64,000 bases of DNA, from contig CAZVTT010000001.1 in assembly GCA_964629685.1 (NCBI GenBank), forward strand, positions 833,319-897,318, given 5' to 3'. A program made the position numbers and the translations under genes. The stretch is from an uncultured Gammaproteobacteria bacterium. Lineage in GTDB: Bacteria; Patescibacteriota; Microgenomatia; UBA10105; UBA927. Shown piece by piece: positions 1 through 10,113 of this stretch. The notes beneath the pieces were generated by a model that ran no database searches, had not been told where the DNA came from, and saw only the letters and a program-made list of their open reading frames with translations. The first letter of the stretch is position 1. Each line of letters begins with the position of its first letter.

Positions 1-1
1 C

Positions 2-2578
2 GTGATTGCGATTACCGTGTACGGTGTGGGACAGAAATTTTTGGGGTGGCCGGCATTTCTGACAATGAATGAAGAGTTTGCTAAAGGGTTGCCGTTACGT
101 CTGCCGCCGACTGCCCGTATTCCTTCCACGTTCGGAGGTCATTATGATTTGGCTGCGTATTTGGTGTTGGTAATTCCAATTTTGGGGAGTCTGGCGCTAG
201 GGGTTAAGCGTTGGTGGCAAAAGGGTTTTCTTTTCCTCGTTGCCGTTGCGGGGTATGTTCTCTTGTTATTTACCGCATCGCGAATTTCCTTCGGGGTATA
301 TTTGGTTGCTATCTCCGTTATGTTGATTTGGCAACGAAAATATTTGTTAATCGTTCCGGTAATTGTTTTAAGTTTTGTACTGCTTAATTTTGTAAGCGGT
401 ACTGCAGATAGGTTTTATAAAACACTGAGATATAGCGATGTTATTGTTGATCTTTCAACGGGTAAACCGATCGGTACGCTGGACAAGCTGGAAGGCGGCA
501 GTGCGGTTGTACAAACTCCCGAATCTCCGGCGAAAGAAAGTTTGCCGACCGGAAGTGAGTTCATAAACCTGCCCGTCAAAACGTCTACGAATACTGACAC
601 CATTAAAACGATTGAAATTTATACCAATAAAGATTTAGCTACCGGATCTGGAGAAGTGGCCACAATATCCGGTAGTTTCCTGGTACAAAAAGCGTTAGTT
701 TATGACATATCAATTACCACACGGTTTCAGGGACAATGGCCGCGGGCAATGGAGGCGTTCAGAAGAAATGTTCTCCTCGGAAGCGGGTATTCTTCTTTGT
801 CCGTTGCGGTGGACGGTAACTATCACCGAATGTTAGGTGAAACCGGAATAATTGGAGCAATCGCGTACTTGGGTATCCTGGCATATGCTTTTGCTTTATT
901 TAAGTATGCAAAGTCGGAGCTTGATACGCAAAGTCGTGCCTTTGTAATCGGAGTTTTTGCCGGAATTGTCGGCTTGGCGCTAAATGCTATTTTGATAGAT
1001 GTGTTTGATGCATCAAAAGTGGCATTTTCCATGTGGTTACTGCTTGGAGTAGCGGTAGCAGTGCTATCTGTAAAAACGTATCCGGTATCTTATTTTAAAT
1101 TCCTGAAGTACGTTTTCTTTCATCCTGTTGCGTTCGTATTCTACTTATTCCTGCTGATATTTATTGTATATAGCTCTAGTCTTTCACATTACTTCATCGG
1201 TGATGATTACACCTGGTTAAGATGGGCAGCGCAGAGTACTGCTAATGATATCGGAAGATATTTTACGCATGCGGAAGGATTTTTTTACCGGCCGGTAACA
1301 AAATTCGTGTTTTTTGCTTTATTTTCGGTATTTTGGTTAAAGCCATTCGGCTATCATTTGGTTTCATTATTACTGGTGTTTTTAACTTCAGTATGTGTGT
1401 ACGGATTGCTGCGCCTGCATTCCGTAAGGCGTTCTCTAGCGTGGTCTCTTTCAGCAGTTTTTTCAATATTGGCGATTCACCACGAGAATGTATTTTGGAT
1501 ATCCGGCCTGAGTAGTCTGTTGGCGGCGGCTTCGTTATTTTCCTCATTGGTGTTAATCCGTTTGAGTTCAGGGAGAAGACTGATCAATCGTCTTATTTTA
1601 AGCATACTGGCGGTATGTTTTCTGAGTATATCTATGTTTTCTTATGACGGGCTGCTTATTGCTCCGGTTATCGTGGCCATATTTATGGTGTTTTCAAACA
1701 GAAAGCATTGGATGCCAGCAATTCTCATATTGCTGCTCATACCTGCATATTGGTTTATGCGGTCAAATGCGCAGGCACTATTACCTTCAGGCGACTATGG
1801 GTATAACGTGGCGGCGTTACTGCCCAACATTATGGCAAACGGCGTCGGATATGCGGGTGGAGTTGTTGTCGGTCCAAAGATTATTGAATACCTGGGGTAT
1901 CTTCGTGAAGGGTTGCGGTCTGAAAAGGTAATGTTTACGAATATAGCGGTGGCGATGGGATTGGTGGTTACAGTATTCCTGGTGTGGAAGCGGAATTTAT
2001 TGCTCCGTACCGGTAAAGTATGGATTTGGTTCGTCTTTATGGGTATTGCACTTACACCATATCTAGGTTTAGGTAACACGACCGAAAGATATGCCTTCCT
2101 CGCTTCAGGATTTTTTGTGGTCGGAACGGGAATGTTTTTTGAAGAGCTACTCAGGAAATATAAATCAGGCATTGTGTTGGTTTTGTTACTGGTCGGTCTT
2201 GTTGTAATCGGAATTTGGAATATTTCCGAAACCCGGAGAATAAGTGATGAATGGAAGAAAGCTTCAACCATATCAGAACAAACGCTTCTGGCTATCCGTA
2301 AGGGATACTTCCCATTACGGGAACCAACGTTTTTTGCCTTTGTAAATCCGCCGATACGATACGGTCGTGCGTGGATTTTTCCCACCGGCCTTACGGATGC
2401 GCTTTGGCATATGTTTCGGGAAGGCGCTTATGTTATTTCTATTTTCCCGACAGTTGAGGAAGCGATGAATTATCCGGCGCCGAAACTGGCTCGGGAAGTA
2501 CTGACATTTGATAACTATGTGTTAAAGCGGGTTATCCGCGAAGTATTGCCGGTATCGGAACCTCCGAAAGGAAAATAA
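2..2578 (+). CDS. Polytopic membrane protein with an O-antigen-ligase (Wzy_C/WaaL-like) domain fused to a large multi-TM C-terminal region; 5' partial at the window edge
   Basis: The ORF runs off the 5' edge of the window. The central motif ...GSGYSSLSVAVDGNYHRMLGETGIIGAIAYLGILAYAF... is typical of the Wzy_C / O-antigen ligase loop. More than 15 hydrophobic segments follow. There is no internal stop, so this reads as one 858-aa fusion. Confidence 0.5.
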   Translation: MIAITVYGVGQKFLGWPAFLTMNEEFAKGLPLRLPPTARIPSTFGGHYDLAAYLVLVIPILGSLALGVKRWWQKGFLFLVAVAGYVLLLFTASRISFGVYLVAISVMLIWQRKYLLIVPVIVLSFVLLNFVSGTADRFYKTLRYSDVIVDLSTGKPIGTLDKLEGGSAVVQTPESPAKESLPTGSEFINLPVKTSTNTDTIKTIEIYTNKDLATGSGEVATISGSFLVQKALVYDISITTRFQGQWPRAMEAFRRNVLLGSGYSSLSVAVDGNYHRMLGETGIIGAIAYLGILAYAFALFKYAKSELDTQSRAFVIGVFAGIVGLALNAILIDVFDASKVAFSMWLLLGVAVAVLSVKTYPVSYFKFLKYVFFHPVAFVFYLFLLIFIVYSSSLSHYFIGDDYTWLRWAAQSTANDIGRYFTHAEGFFYRPVTKFVFFALFSVFWLKPFGYHLVSLLLVFLTSVCVYGLLRLHSVRRSLAWSLSAVFSILAIHHENVFWISGLSSLLAAASLFSSLVLIRLSSGRRLINRLILSILAVCFLSISMFSYDGLLIAPVIVAIFMVFSNRKHWMPAILILLLIPAYWFMRSNAQALLPSGDYGYNVAALLPNIMANGVGYAGGVVVGPKIIEYLGYLREGLRSEKVMFTNIAVAMGLVVTVFLVWKRNLLLRTGKVWIWFVFMGIALTPYLGLGNTTERYAFLASGFFVVGTGMFFEELLRKYKSGIVLVLLLVGLVVIGIWNISETRRISDEWKKASTISEQTLLAIRKGYFPLREPTFFAFVNPPIRYGRAWIFPTGLTDALWHMFREGAYVISIFPTVEEAMNYPAPKLAREVLTFDNYVLKRVIREVLPVSEPPKGK

Positions 2579-2581
2579 TTC

Positions 2582-4063
2582 ATGCAAGATAAACGGCACG
2601 TTATAGCGCTGCTATTGATGGCTATCTTGGTAATCATTCCCCGATTGTATCGGATAACCGAACCTATCGCTGACTGGCATAGTTGGCGACAGGTTGATAC
2701 TGCTGCAGTGGCCAGAAATTTTTCTAAATATGGCTTTGATATGTTACATCCCCGATACGATGACCTGTCAAATATCCAGTCGGGAAAAGATAATCCAAAT
2801 GGCTGGCGCATGGTCGAATTTCCGATATACCAATCATTGGCGTATGCGGGGTATAGGCTAAGTTCCTGGGGAACGATTGAAGTATGGCTTAGAGTTGTAA
2901 GTATAATTTCATCCGTAATTAGCGCTTTAGGATTGGTTATGCTCTTACGACGAGTAAGCGGAAACATAGCCGGATACGCGACGGGAATATTTTTTGCGGT
3001 GTTGCCATATAGTATTTATTACGGCAGAAGTACCCTACCCGAACCGACAGCGGTAGCTTTCGCAATCTTGGCTGTATTTTTTGCAGAGTTAGCTACAAAA
3101 AACGGTGTTTTTACACGAAGAATATATCTCTATTGGCTCGTGTCAGCATTCATGGCCGCTGCAGCAGTATTGGTGAAACCTACGGCCGCATTTTTACTTT
3201 CGCCGATACTCTATCTCGGAATACGCCAACTCGTATTACGGAAAAAATTATGGTGGTTTATGCTTCTATGTGCAGCAGTAGCAGTACTACCGCTTTATAC
3301 GTGGAGACAGTGGATACTGCAGTTTCCCGAAGGTATACCCGTGTATGCATGGCTATTGAATGAAGGAAATATCCGTTTAAAGGGTGCATGGTTTTATTGG
3401 CTTTTTGCTAAACGAATAGCAGAATTAATGCTGGGATATTGGGGAATCGTATTTGTTGCCCTCGGGTTAGCAGTAAAGGGCGTTAAACACGAAATGGCAA
3501 TATTTTACGGTTGGCTTATAGGTGGTCTGGCGTATTTAATTATTTTTGCCCGTGGAAATGTCCAGCATGATTATTATCAGGTAATTATTCTTCCCGTCAT
3601 TTGTATTGCTTTGGCGAAGGGAGTGGGTTTTCTGTTGACGAAACAAACCGGTATAAGTCGTATACCAGCCTATGGAATTGTTATGCTATGCAGCGGATTT
3701 ATGTTGGCGTTTTCCTGGTATACCGTTAGGACCTACTATTGGATAAACCGGCCGGAAATTGTTGAAGCGGGGAAAGCTGCTGACGCATTGTTACCGCCAG
3801 ATGCAAAGGTGATTGCTTCATATAATGGAGATACGACATTTTTGTATCAAACGAATCGACAGGGGTGGCCGCTCGGTTTTGAAATAGACAAAAAAATCGC
3901 TGCCGGTGCAACACATTACGTGACTGTCTCACCTTCCGACAGCGACGGAGAAACCAGAGCGCTTATATCCGAATATACCGTAATTGTGCGGAACGATAAG
4001 TTTGCCATAATAGATTTACGGTACCCGAATAAACTTAAGCATTTGCCTGTGGAACAGAACTAA
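2582..4063 (+). CDS. GT-C fold glycosyltransferase (GT39/GT83, PMT/ArnT-like) polytopic membrane protein
   Basis: ATG at 2582. The N-terminal TM is followed by a loop, ...ITEPIADWHSWRQVDTAAVARNF...GWRMVEFPIYQ..., that resembles the first periplasmic loop of PMT/ArnT-type lipid-carrier-dependent glycosyltransferases. There are many TM helices. Confidence 0.5.
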   Translation: MQDKRHVIALLLMAILVIIPRLYRITEPIADWHSWRQVDTAAVARNFSKYGFDMLHPRYDDLSNIQSGKDNPNGWRMVEFPIYQSLAYAGYRLSSWGTIEVWLRVVSIISSVISALGLVMLLRRVSGNIAGYATGIFFAVLPYSIYYGRSTLPEPTAVAFAILAVFFAELATKNGVFTRRIYLYWLVSAFMAAAAVLVKPTAAFLLSPILYLGIRQLVLRKKLWWFMLLCAAVAVLPLYTWRQWILQFPEGIPVYAWLLNEGNIRLKGAWFYWLFAKRIAELMLGYWGIVFVALGLAVKGVKHEMAIFYGWLIGGLAYLIIFARGNVQHDYYQVIILPVICIALAKGVGFLLTKQTGISRIPAYGIVMLCSGFMLAFSWYTVRTYYWINRPEIVEAGKAADALLPPDAKVIASYNGDTTFLYQTNRQGWPLGFEIDKKIAAGATHYVTVSPSDSDGETRALISEYTVIVRNDKFAIIDLRYPNKLKHLPVEQN

Positions 4064-4077
4064 GATTGTTGTTATTT

Positions 4078-5295
4078 ATGAATGTCCTTTTCGTTTCCGC
4101 TGTTTTTCCATATCCGCTTTACTCCGGTGGTCAGGTCCGTATCTATAATTTGCTTAAACGGTTGGGATCAAAACATTCCATAACGTTATGTACGTTTATT
4201 CGTGATGAGTCTGAACGCGTTCATATCCGTCATCTGCCGTTTTGTTCTGCCGTTCATACCATTTATCGCGGTAAGGCTTGGCAACTGAAATATATGGCTG
4301 CGGCAGCATTTACGGATTATCCGTTTCTTTTTTGTACGTATGCTAATACTGGTATGAAATCGTTAATCGGAGATCTGATTACGCGCAATACTATTGATTT
4401 AATACACATTGAACCCGGTTACACGTGGCCGTCATTACCGGATTTATCCCTCCCGGTAGTAGTCGGGGAGCATAATATTGAGCATGAAGTATATCAGCTG
4501 TTTGCTAATTCCGTCCGCATGCCTTTCATAAGACCGTTACTTGGTATAGATATTCGTAAAATGAAACATTGGGAGCAACGTGTATGGAAATCCGCGGATA
4601 GGATTGCAGCGGTTTCCGATAATGATGCGAAATATATTGCTGGTAGGGTTGATACTCCGCTGGACATCGTTCCGAATGGCGTTGATCCTTCAGTATTACA
4701 CTTCAATCCACGCAAACGAGCTGAAAATGCGTCTCCGGTGGTATTATTTGTAGGTAATTTTTCCTGGCTACAGAATCGGGATGCATTGAATTATATTTTG
4801 GATGATATATGGCCACGAATGAGTGAACGTATCCCAAAGCTCAAACTGCGCATAGTAGGAAGAGGTATTCCTGGTGATCTGAGACAAAAGACACGAGGTG
4901 ATCGTATCGAGTTAGAAGAACATGCGGAGAATATAGTATCGGAATTCCACAGTGCGGATGCATTGTTAGCGCCGATTAGGATTGGTGGGGGAACTAAGTT
5001 TAAAATACTTGAGGCCATGGCTTGCGGATTGCCGGTCATAACCAGCATGCTAGGGTTTTCCGGAATAAAGGGAACCGCAGATCGTGAATATCTGGAAGCG
5101 GAAACACCTGATCAATTTATACATTCCGTGCAACGGGTGTTAACTGATAGTCAGTTACGACAGCGGATTACCGAAAGCGCGCGTAGATTAATAGAGAATG
5201 ATTATAATTGGACTAGTATTGCTGATATGTTGAATAAAACCTGGATTACTACCTATGAACAATTCCATAGTACCGCTCACCATCATCATCGTTAA
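4078..5295 (+). CDS. Glycosyltransferase family 4 (GT-B, GT1-like)
   Basis: The probable ATG is at 4078; the ORF track starts at an upstream TTG at 4066. The C-terminal EX7E-like region ...KFKILEAMACGLPVITS... is a GT4 signature. Confidence 0.7.
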   Translation: MNVLFVSAVFPYPLYSGGQVRIYNLLKRLGSKHSITLCTFIRDESERVHIRHLPFCSAVHTIYRGKAWQLKYMAAAAFTDYPFLFCTYANTGMKSLIGDLITRNTIDLIHIEPGYTWPSLPDLSLPVVVGEHNIEHEVYQLFANSVRMPFIRPLLGIDIRKMKHWEQRVWKSADRIAAVSDNDAKYIAGRVDTPLDIVPNGVDPSVLHFNPRKRAENASPVVLFVGNFSWLQNRDALNYILDDIWPRMSERIPKLKLRIVGRGIPGDLRQKTRGDRIELEEHAENIVSEFHSADALLAPIRIGGGTKFKILEAMACGLPVITSMLGFSGIKGTADREYLEAETPDQFIHSVQRVLTDSQLRQRITESARRLIENDYNWTSIADMLNKTWITTYEQFHSTAHHHHR

Positions 5296-6133
5296 CTATA
5301 ATACCCGGGATTTACTCCTTGCGTGCCTGGAAAGTATAGAGACGAAAAAACATCCTGAATGGGAAATTATCGTTGTCGATAACGGATCATTGGATAGCAG
5401 TGTCTCTGATGTAAAACGTAAGTTTCAGGCTGTAAGAATTATTGAAAACAAAGAAAATTTAGGATTTGCGGCTGCAAATAATCAGGCAATACGGGTTGCA
5501 AAAGGATCGTGTGTGTTGCTCCTCAATTCGGATACGGAAGTACAGGATAACGCTATAGAAAAAACGTTGCTTTTCTTAGAAGAACACGCGGAGTATGGTG
5601 CGGTAACATGTCGTCTTCGTCTGCCAAATGGGTTATTGGATCCTGCCGGTCATAGAGGATTTCCCACCCCGTGGGCAGCGCTAACGTATTTTTTTGGTTT
5701 GGAAAAAGTATTTCCCAACTCAGTAGTCTTTGGGCAATATCATCAGGGATATAAAGACTTTGCCGTTACCCATGACATTGATTGTCCCAGTGGAGCGTTT
5801 TTCCTGGTTCGGCGTAAAGTGATAGATCACGTGGGGCTGCTGGACGAAGATTTTTTCATGTACGGAGAGGATATTGATTGGGCATATCGGATGAAAGAAA
5901 AACGGTACAGAATTGCCTATTATCCTGCGGCAACAGTGTTACATAGAAAAAAGCAGAGTGGCAGGTCAAGTACCTCAAGCGAATTGAAATTAAGAATACA
6001 GCGATATTTTTATCAGACTATGATTCAGTTCTATAAAAAACACTATACGAAGCGTTACCCTGCTGCGGTATCTTTATTGATAATTTTTTTTATTAGATTG
6101 AGGATTAAACTCCTGGAGTTGTTACATATATGA
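5255..6133 (+). CDS. Glycosyltransferase family 2 (GT-A)
   Basis: N-terminal PLTIIIVNYNTRDLL... and DNGSLD are the classic GT2 start. The ORF overlaps the upstream gene by 41 nt. Confidence 0.7.
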   Translation: MNNSIVPLTIIIVNYNTRDLLLACLESIETKKHPEWEIIVVDNGSLDSSVSDVKRKFQAVRIIENKENLGFAAANNQAIRVAKGSCVLLLNSDTEVQDNAIEKTLLFLEEHAEYGAVTCRLRLPNGLLDPAGHRGFPTPWAALTYFFGLEKVFPNSVVFGQYHQGYKDFAVTHDIDCPSGAFFLVRRKVIDHVGLLDEDFFMYGEDIDWAYRMKEKRYRIAYYPAATVLHRKKQSGRSSTSSELKLRIQRYFYQTMIQFYKKHYTKRYPAAVSLLIIFFIRLRIKLLELLHI

Positions 6134-7242
6134 GAATTGGGATAGATGCGCGCTTAATACGGCAAACAGGTGTGGGACGGTATATTAGAAATTTGTTACG
6201 GGAACTCAGGGAAATTGATACAAAAAATGAGTACGTCGTATTTGTCCGAAGCGAGGATAAAGCATTGGTTGAACCGGGAAAGCGCTGGCGGATTGAAACA
6301 TTAAACGTTCACTGGCATACACTTGCCGAACAATTGCAAATGCCGATTACGTTTTTGCGTGCGCATTTGGACGTGGTGCATATTCCCTATTTTACTATTC
6401 CATTGTTATACCCCGGTCGGATGATCGTCACTATTCATGACCTTACGGTATTACATGTGAATACCGGTAAGGCATCTACACTACCGTATCCGCTCTATCA
6501 ATTGCGGAGACTCGGGTATACGTTTATCCTGAAATACGGTTTGGCAAAAGCAGAAAAAATATTAGCGGTATCTCAAGCTACGAAGCAAGATATTATAACA
6601 TCATGCCATACTCCCGAGGAAAAAATAATTGTTACCTATGAAGGAATTGATCCGGTATTTTTATCCCAACCGAAAATTCCTTCTGTACATAAGCCAACAA
6701 AACCATTTTTTTTGTACGTAGGCAATGCATATCCGCATAAAAATCTAGAGACAATATTACTGGCATTCCGAAAATTAAAAGACAATCATGGTACACTTCC
6801 CTATACTTTAAAATGTGTAGGAGTGTCGGATTATTTTTACCGCCGAATGCAGCAATCCGAATTAGTGAACTCGCTTGGAACAGCGGTTGAATTTACAGGT
6901 CCCGTTGCAGATAATCAGCTATTGGCCTATTACGATCAGGCGATGGCACTGGTTTTTCCTTCTGTGATGGAAGGGTTTGGTTTGCCGGCGTTAGAAGCTG
7001 TTGCCCGAGGTTGCCCTGTACTGTGTTCCGATATTCCGGTTTTTCATGAATTATTGGGTTCATCCGTACAATATATTCAGGCGAAAGACACTACTGCCTG
7101 GGCAAATTCAATAGATGCCGTTGGGCGTAATCCGCGAAAAAGTGAAATGAACTCAGAACTTAGTGTGCGGTTCAATTGGCGGGTTATGGCTGAACTTACT
7201 TTACATACATATGAACGTGGCAATAGTGTACGATCGGATTAA
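6130..7242 (+). CDS. Glycosyltransferase family 4
   Basis: C-terminal ...EGFGLPALEAVARGCPVLCSDIP... motif. The ORF overlaps the upstream gene in an ATGA-style junction. Confidence 0.7.
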   Translation: MRIGIDARLIRQTGVGRYIRNLLRELREIDTKNEYVVFVRSEDKALVEPGKRWRIETLNVHWHTLAEQLQMPITFLRAHLDVVHIPYFTIPLLYPGRMIVTIHDLTVLHVNTGKASTLPYPLYQLRRLGYTFILKYGLAKAEKILAVSQATKQDIITSCHTPEEKIIVTYEGIDPVFLSQPKIPSVHKPTKPFFLYVGNAYPHKNLETILLAFRKLKDNHGTLPYTLKCVGVSDYFYRRMQQSELVNSLGTAVEFTGPVADNQLLAYYDQAMALVFPSVMEGFGLPALEAVARGCPVLCSDIPVFHELLGSSVQYIQAKDTTAWANSIDAVGRNPRKSEMNSELSVRFNWRVMAELTLHTYERGNSVRSD

Positions 7243-8323
7243 TAAATTTGGCGGAGCTGAACGGGTACTCCTGGCTTTGCACGAAATATGGCCCAAGGCA
7301 CCGTTATACACGGCGGTATACGATTCCGGCAGAGCGAAATGGGCAGACGTTTTCACTATACATCCTTCGTTTTTGCAGCATGTCCCGTTTGCCAGAACAT
7401 TGCACGAACTTTATCCGTGGGCAACGCCGATGGCGTTTGAGACGTTTGATTTTGCCGGTTACGATTGTGTTATTAGCGTCACTTCTGCTGAGGCTAAAGG
7501 GGTAATAACTCATCCCGATACGGTGCATATTTGTTATTGCCTTACACCTACCAGATATTTATGGAGTGGGTATGAAGAATATATTACGCATCCCGGTCTG
7601 GGTGTTTTTAGTTCCCTGGGTAGTTTTTTCCTGCGAAAGGGAGTAGGAATGCTTCGCGAGTGGGATAGCAGTGCAGCTCAACGTCCTGATTATTATATTG
7701 CTATATCCGAACTTGTTAAAAAAAGAATTGAGAAGTATTATAGGCGCTCTGTGGATGCAGTTATCTATCCTCCTGTGGAAACAGACACGTTTACTCCCGG
7801 GAAGAATTCGGATAACTATTACATTACCGTAGCTCGTTTAGTCGGATACAAACGGGTAGATTTGCTTATCGCGGCAGCAAACCGGCTGCACGTTCCCTTA
7901 GTGGTCATAGGAGACGGACTTGAACTAAATCGATTACGGAAAATGGCCGGTCCCACCGTGCGTATTATTAGCTCAAAATTGACAGATAGGGAATTAGCTG
8001 CCTATTATCAAAGAAGTAGAGCGTTTTTATTTGCCGGGGAAGAAGATTTTGGCATTACGGCTGTTGAAGCGCAAGCTTGTGGCAAATCGGTTTTAGCTTT
8101 CGCCCGTAGTGGTATGGCTGAAATAGTCAGGGAAGGGAAGACGGGTTTGTTATATAAAGAACAGACCGTGGCAGCAGTGTGTGCTGGAATTCAACAGTTG
8201 AATAAGGTACACTTTAGCCCTGAACTCTGTCGCGAAAACGCTATTCGTTTTAGCAAAAAGCGGTTTCAAGACGAGTTCAAAATGTTTGTCGAACAGAGAG
8301 TTGCGGCAGAAAGGAAAGAGTAG
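7211..8323 (+). CDS. Glycosyltransferase family 4
   Basis: I chose the internal ATG at 7211 (MNVAIVYDRINKFGGAER...), so the start is uncertain. The motif ...EEDFGITAVEAQACGKSVLAF... supports GT4. Confidence 0.6.
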   Translation: MNVAIVYDRINKFGGAERVLLALHEIWPKAPLYTAVYDSGRAKWADVFTIHPSFLQHVPFARTLHELYPWATPMAFETFDFAGYDCVISVTSAEAKGVITHPDTVHICYCLTPTRYLWSGYEEYITHPGLGVFSSLGSFFLRKGVGMLREWDSSAAQRPDYYIAISELVKKRIEKYYRRSVDAVIYPPVETDTFTPGKNSDNYYITVARLVGYKRVDLLIAAANRLHVPLVVIGDGLELNRLRKMAGPTVRIISSKLTDRELAAYYQRSRAFLFAGEEDFGITAVEAQACGKSVLAFARSGMAEIVREGKTGLLYKEQTVAAVCAGIQQLNKVHFSPELCRENAIRFSKKRFQDEFKMFVEQRVAAERKE

Positions 8324-8326
8324 TTT

Positions 8327-9409
8327 ATGAAGGCTGTTATATTTGCAGGTGGAGTCGGTACACGTTTATGGCCATTGTCTCGGAAGAAATCACCCAAACA
8401 GTTTGAAAAAATTGTCGGTGATAAATCCACATTGCAACTTGCAGCATTACGATTGCAACCTGATTTTAAATGGAATGATATTTTTGTATCGACAGGTGCT
8501 TCGTACGTTTCTATCGTTCAGACACAGCTTGACAGAATGCCACCGGTAAACGTTGTCGGTGAGCCCACCATGCGAGATGTCGGTCCTGCCGTTGGTCTTA
8601 TTACGTCAATTTTGGTAAAAGAATCGCCAAATGAACCCATGGTCATTCTTTGGAGTGATCATTTGGTACGTAAAGAAGAATTATTCCGGAAAATATTAAG
8701 TGCTGCAGGTGAAATCGTAGCCGCAGATCCGGATAAAATAATTTTCGTTTCCCAGAAACCCCGTTTTGCGAGTGAAAATTTGGGGTGGATAGAGTATGGC
8801 GATGCACAAGTTTCAAAAAACGGAATTCAATTGCATTCCTTTAAGAATTTTCAATATCGTCCGAATAAAGAAACGGCTGAACGATATTTTTCCAGCGGCC
8901 ATCATGCGTGGAATCTGGGCTATTTCGTAACGACGCCTAAGTTTCTTTGGGAGCAGTATAAACGGTTTGCACCCAATCTCTATGATGGTTTAAGCAGAAT
9001 AGGTGCTTCCTGGAGAACTTCACGATATGAAGATACCTTAAACGAAATATACCCAACGCTGGAAAAAATTAGTTTCGACAATGCTATTCTGGAGAAATTG
9101 GATCCTTCTCAGGCATTAGTTATTTCCGAAAATATTGAATGGAGTGATGTCGGGGCGTGGGAAGCACTAAAAGAAGCTCTGCAAAAATCTCAGGATAACA
9201 ACGTTACACAGGGGAAGGTATTACTCACCGACACAAATGATTCTCTCGTATATAATTACACTGATCAGATGGTAGTTACTATAGACGTTGACGATCTGTT
9301 GGTTGTAAACACAGATGATGTGGTTATGGTTTGTCGAAAAACATCAGTTCCGAAGATTAAAAAATTGGTTGAAAGTCTTGCCGGAACTGAAAATGAGCAT
9401 TTGACTTAA
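8327..9409 (+). CDS. Mannose-1-phosphate guanylyltransferase-like NDP-sugar pyrophosphorylase
   Basis: N-terminal MKAVIFAGGVGTRLWPLSRKKSPKQF is the ManC-type G-x-G-T-R-L-W-P-L-S signature. An RBS (AAAGGAAAGAG) lies upstream. Confidence 0.65.
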   Translation: MKAVIFAGGVGTRLWPLSRKKSPKQFEKIVGDKSTLQLAALRLQPDFKWNDIFVSTGASYVSIVQTQLDRMPPVNVVGEPTMRDVGPAVGLITSILVKESPNEPMVILWSDHLVRKEELFRKILSAAGEIVAADPDKIIFVSQKPRFASENLGWIEYGDAQVSKNGIQLHSFKNFQYRPNKETAERYFSSGHHAWNLGYFVTTPKFLWEQYKRFAPNLYDGLSRIGASWRTSRYEDTLNEIYPTLEKISFDNAILEKLDPSQALVISENIEWSDVGAWEALKEALQKSQDNNVTQGKVLLTDTNDSLVYNYTDQMVVTIDVDDLLVVNTDDVVMVCRKTSVPKIKKLVESLAGTENEHLT

Positions 9410-9422
9410 TGCCCGATTACTT

Positions 9423-10058
9423 ATGTACGATGTTATAAAACGTTACATTGATATTGCCGGCAGCCTGTTATTAATGATTGTCTTTTCACCTATCTGTTTG
9501 CTGACTACGTTAGCGATAAAATTAGACAGTCCGGGTCCAATTCTTGCGGATACCCCTAAGAGGGTGGGCCAAAATGGGAGACCGTTTAAGCTTTACAAAT
9601 TCCGTTCGATGATTGCTAACGCGCACGAGCGGTTGCGGAAAGATCCAAAAATGGCCAAACTGTATAGCGAGTATAAACATAACAGCTATAAACTCCGTGA
9701 AGACCCGCGTATAACGAGGGTCGGCAGGTTTATCCGGAAACATTCCGTTGATGAAGTTCCGCAACTCGTGAATGTACTAAAGGGAGAAATGAGCTTGGTC
9801 GGACCTCGGCCGTACTATCCCGATGAACTTGTAGAACAGCAGCGGAAATATCCGCAGACCCGGGAATTGGTTAAAGTAGTACTTTCTGCCAAGCCAGGGA
9901 TGACCGGATACTGGCAAGTCTCAGGGAGAAGTGAAGTTAATTTTGACAAACGGATTAAAATGGATGCTGATTATGTACGTAAGCGATCCGTACTTTTTGA
10001 TATACTTATTTTACTAAAAAGTCCTTGGGCAATGATATCCGGAAAAGGTGCTGTTTAG
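9423..10058 (+). CDS. Initiating phosphoglycosyl transferase (bacterial sugar transferase, WbaP/WcaJ C-domain type)
   Basis: A single N-terminal TM is followed by the conserved ...DEVPQLVNVLKGEMSLVGPRP... motif of polyprenyl-phosphate sugar-phosphate transferases. Confidence 0.7.
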   Translation: MYDVIKRYIDIAGSLLLMIVFSPICLLTTLAIKLDSPGPILADTPKRVGQNGRPFKLYKFRSMIANAHERLRKDPKMAKLYSEYKHNSYKLREDPRITRVGRFIRKHSVDEVPQLVNVLKGEMSLVGPRPYYPDELVEQQRKYPQTRELVKVVLSAKPGMTGYWQVSGRSEVNFDKRIKMDADYVRKRSVLFDILILLKSPWAMISGKGAV

Positions 10059-10113
10059 TACAAATCTTCCGTACTATTTGACTTTTAACGATAACTTATA
10101 AACAATAGACACT

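Noticed and set aside
1795-2385. 196-aa minus-strand ORF, plus many other 60-170-aa ORFs (for example 2515-2967, 12505-13029, 14763-15275, 16963-17352, 30452-30934, 33592-34101, 53182-53538, 54810-56255 and 60688-61068) that lie inside or antisense to long confident genes
   Set aside because: They overlap well-supported CDSs on the opposite strand or in alternative frames. They lack recognisable motifs and have biased, low-complexity composition typical of shadow ORFs.
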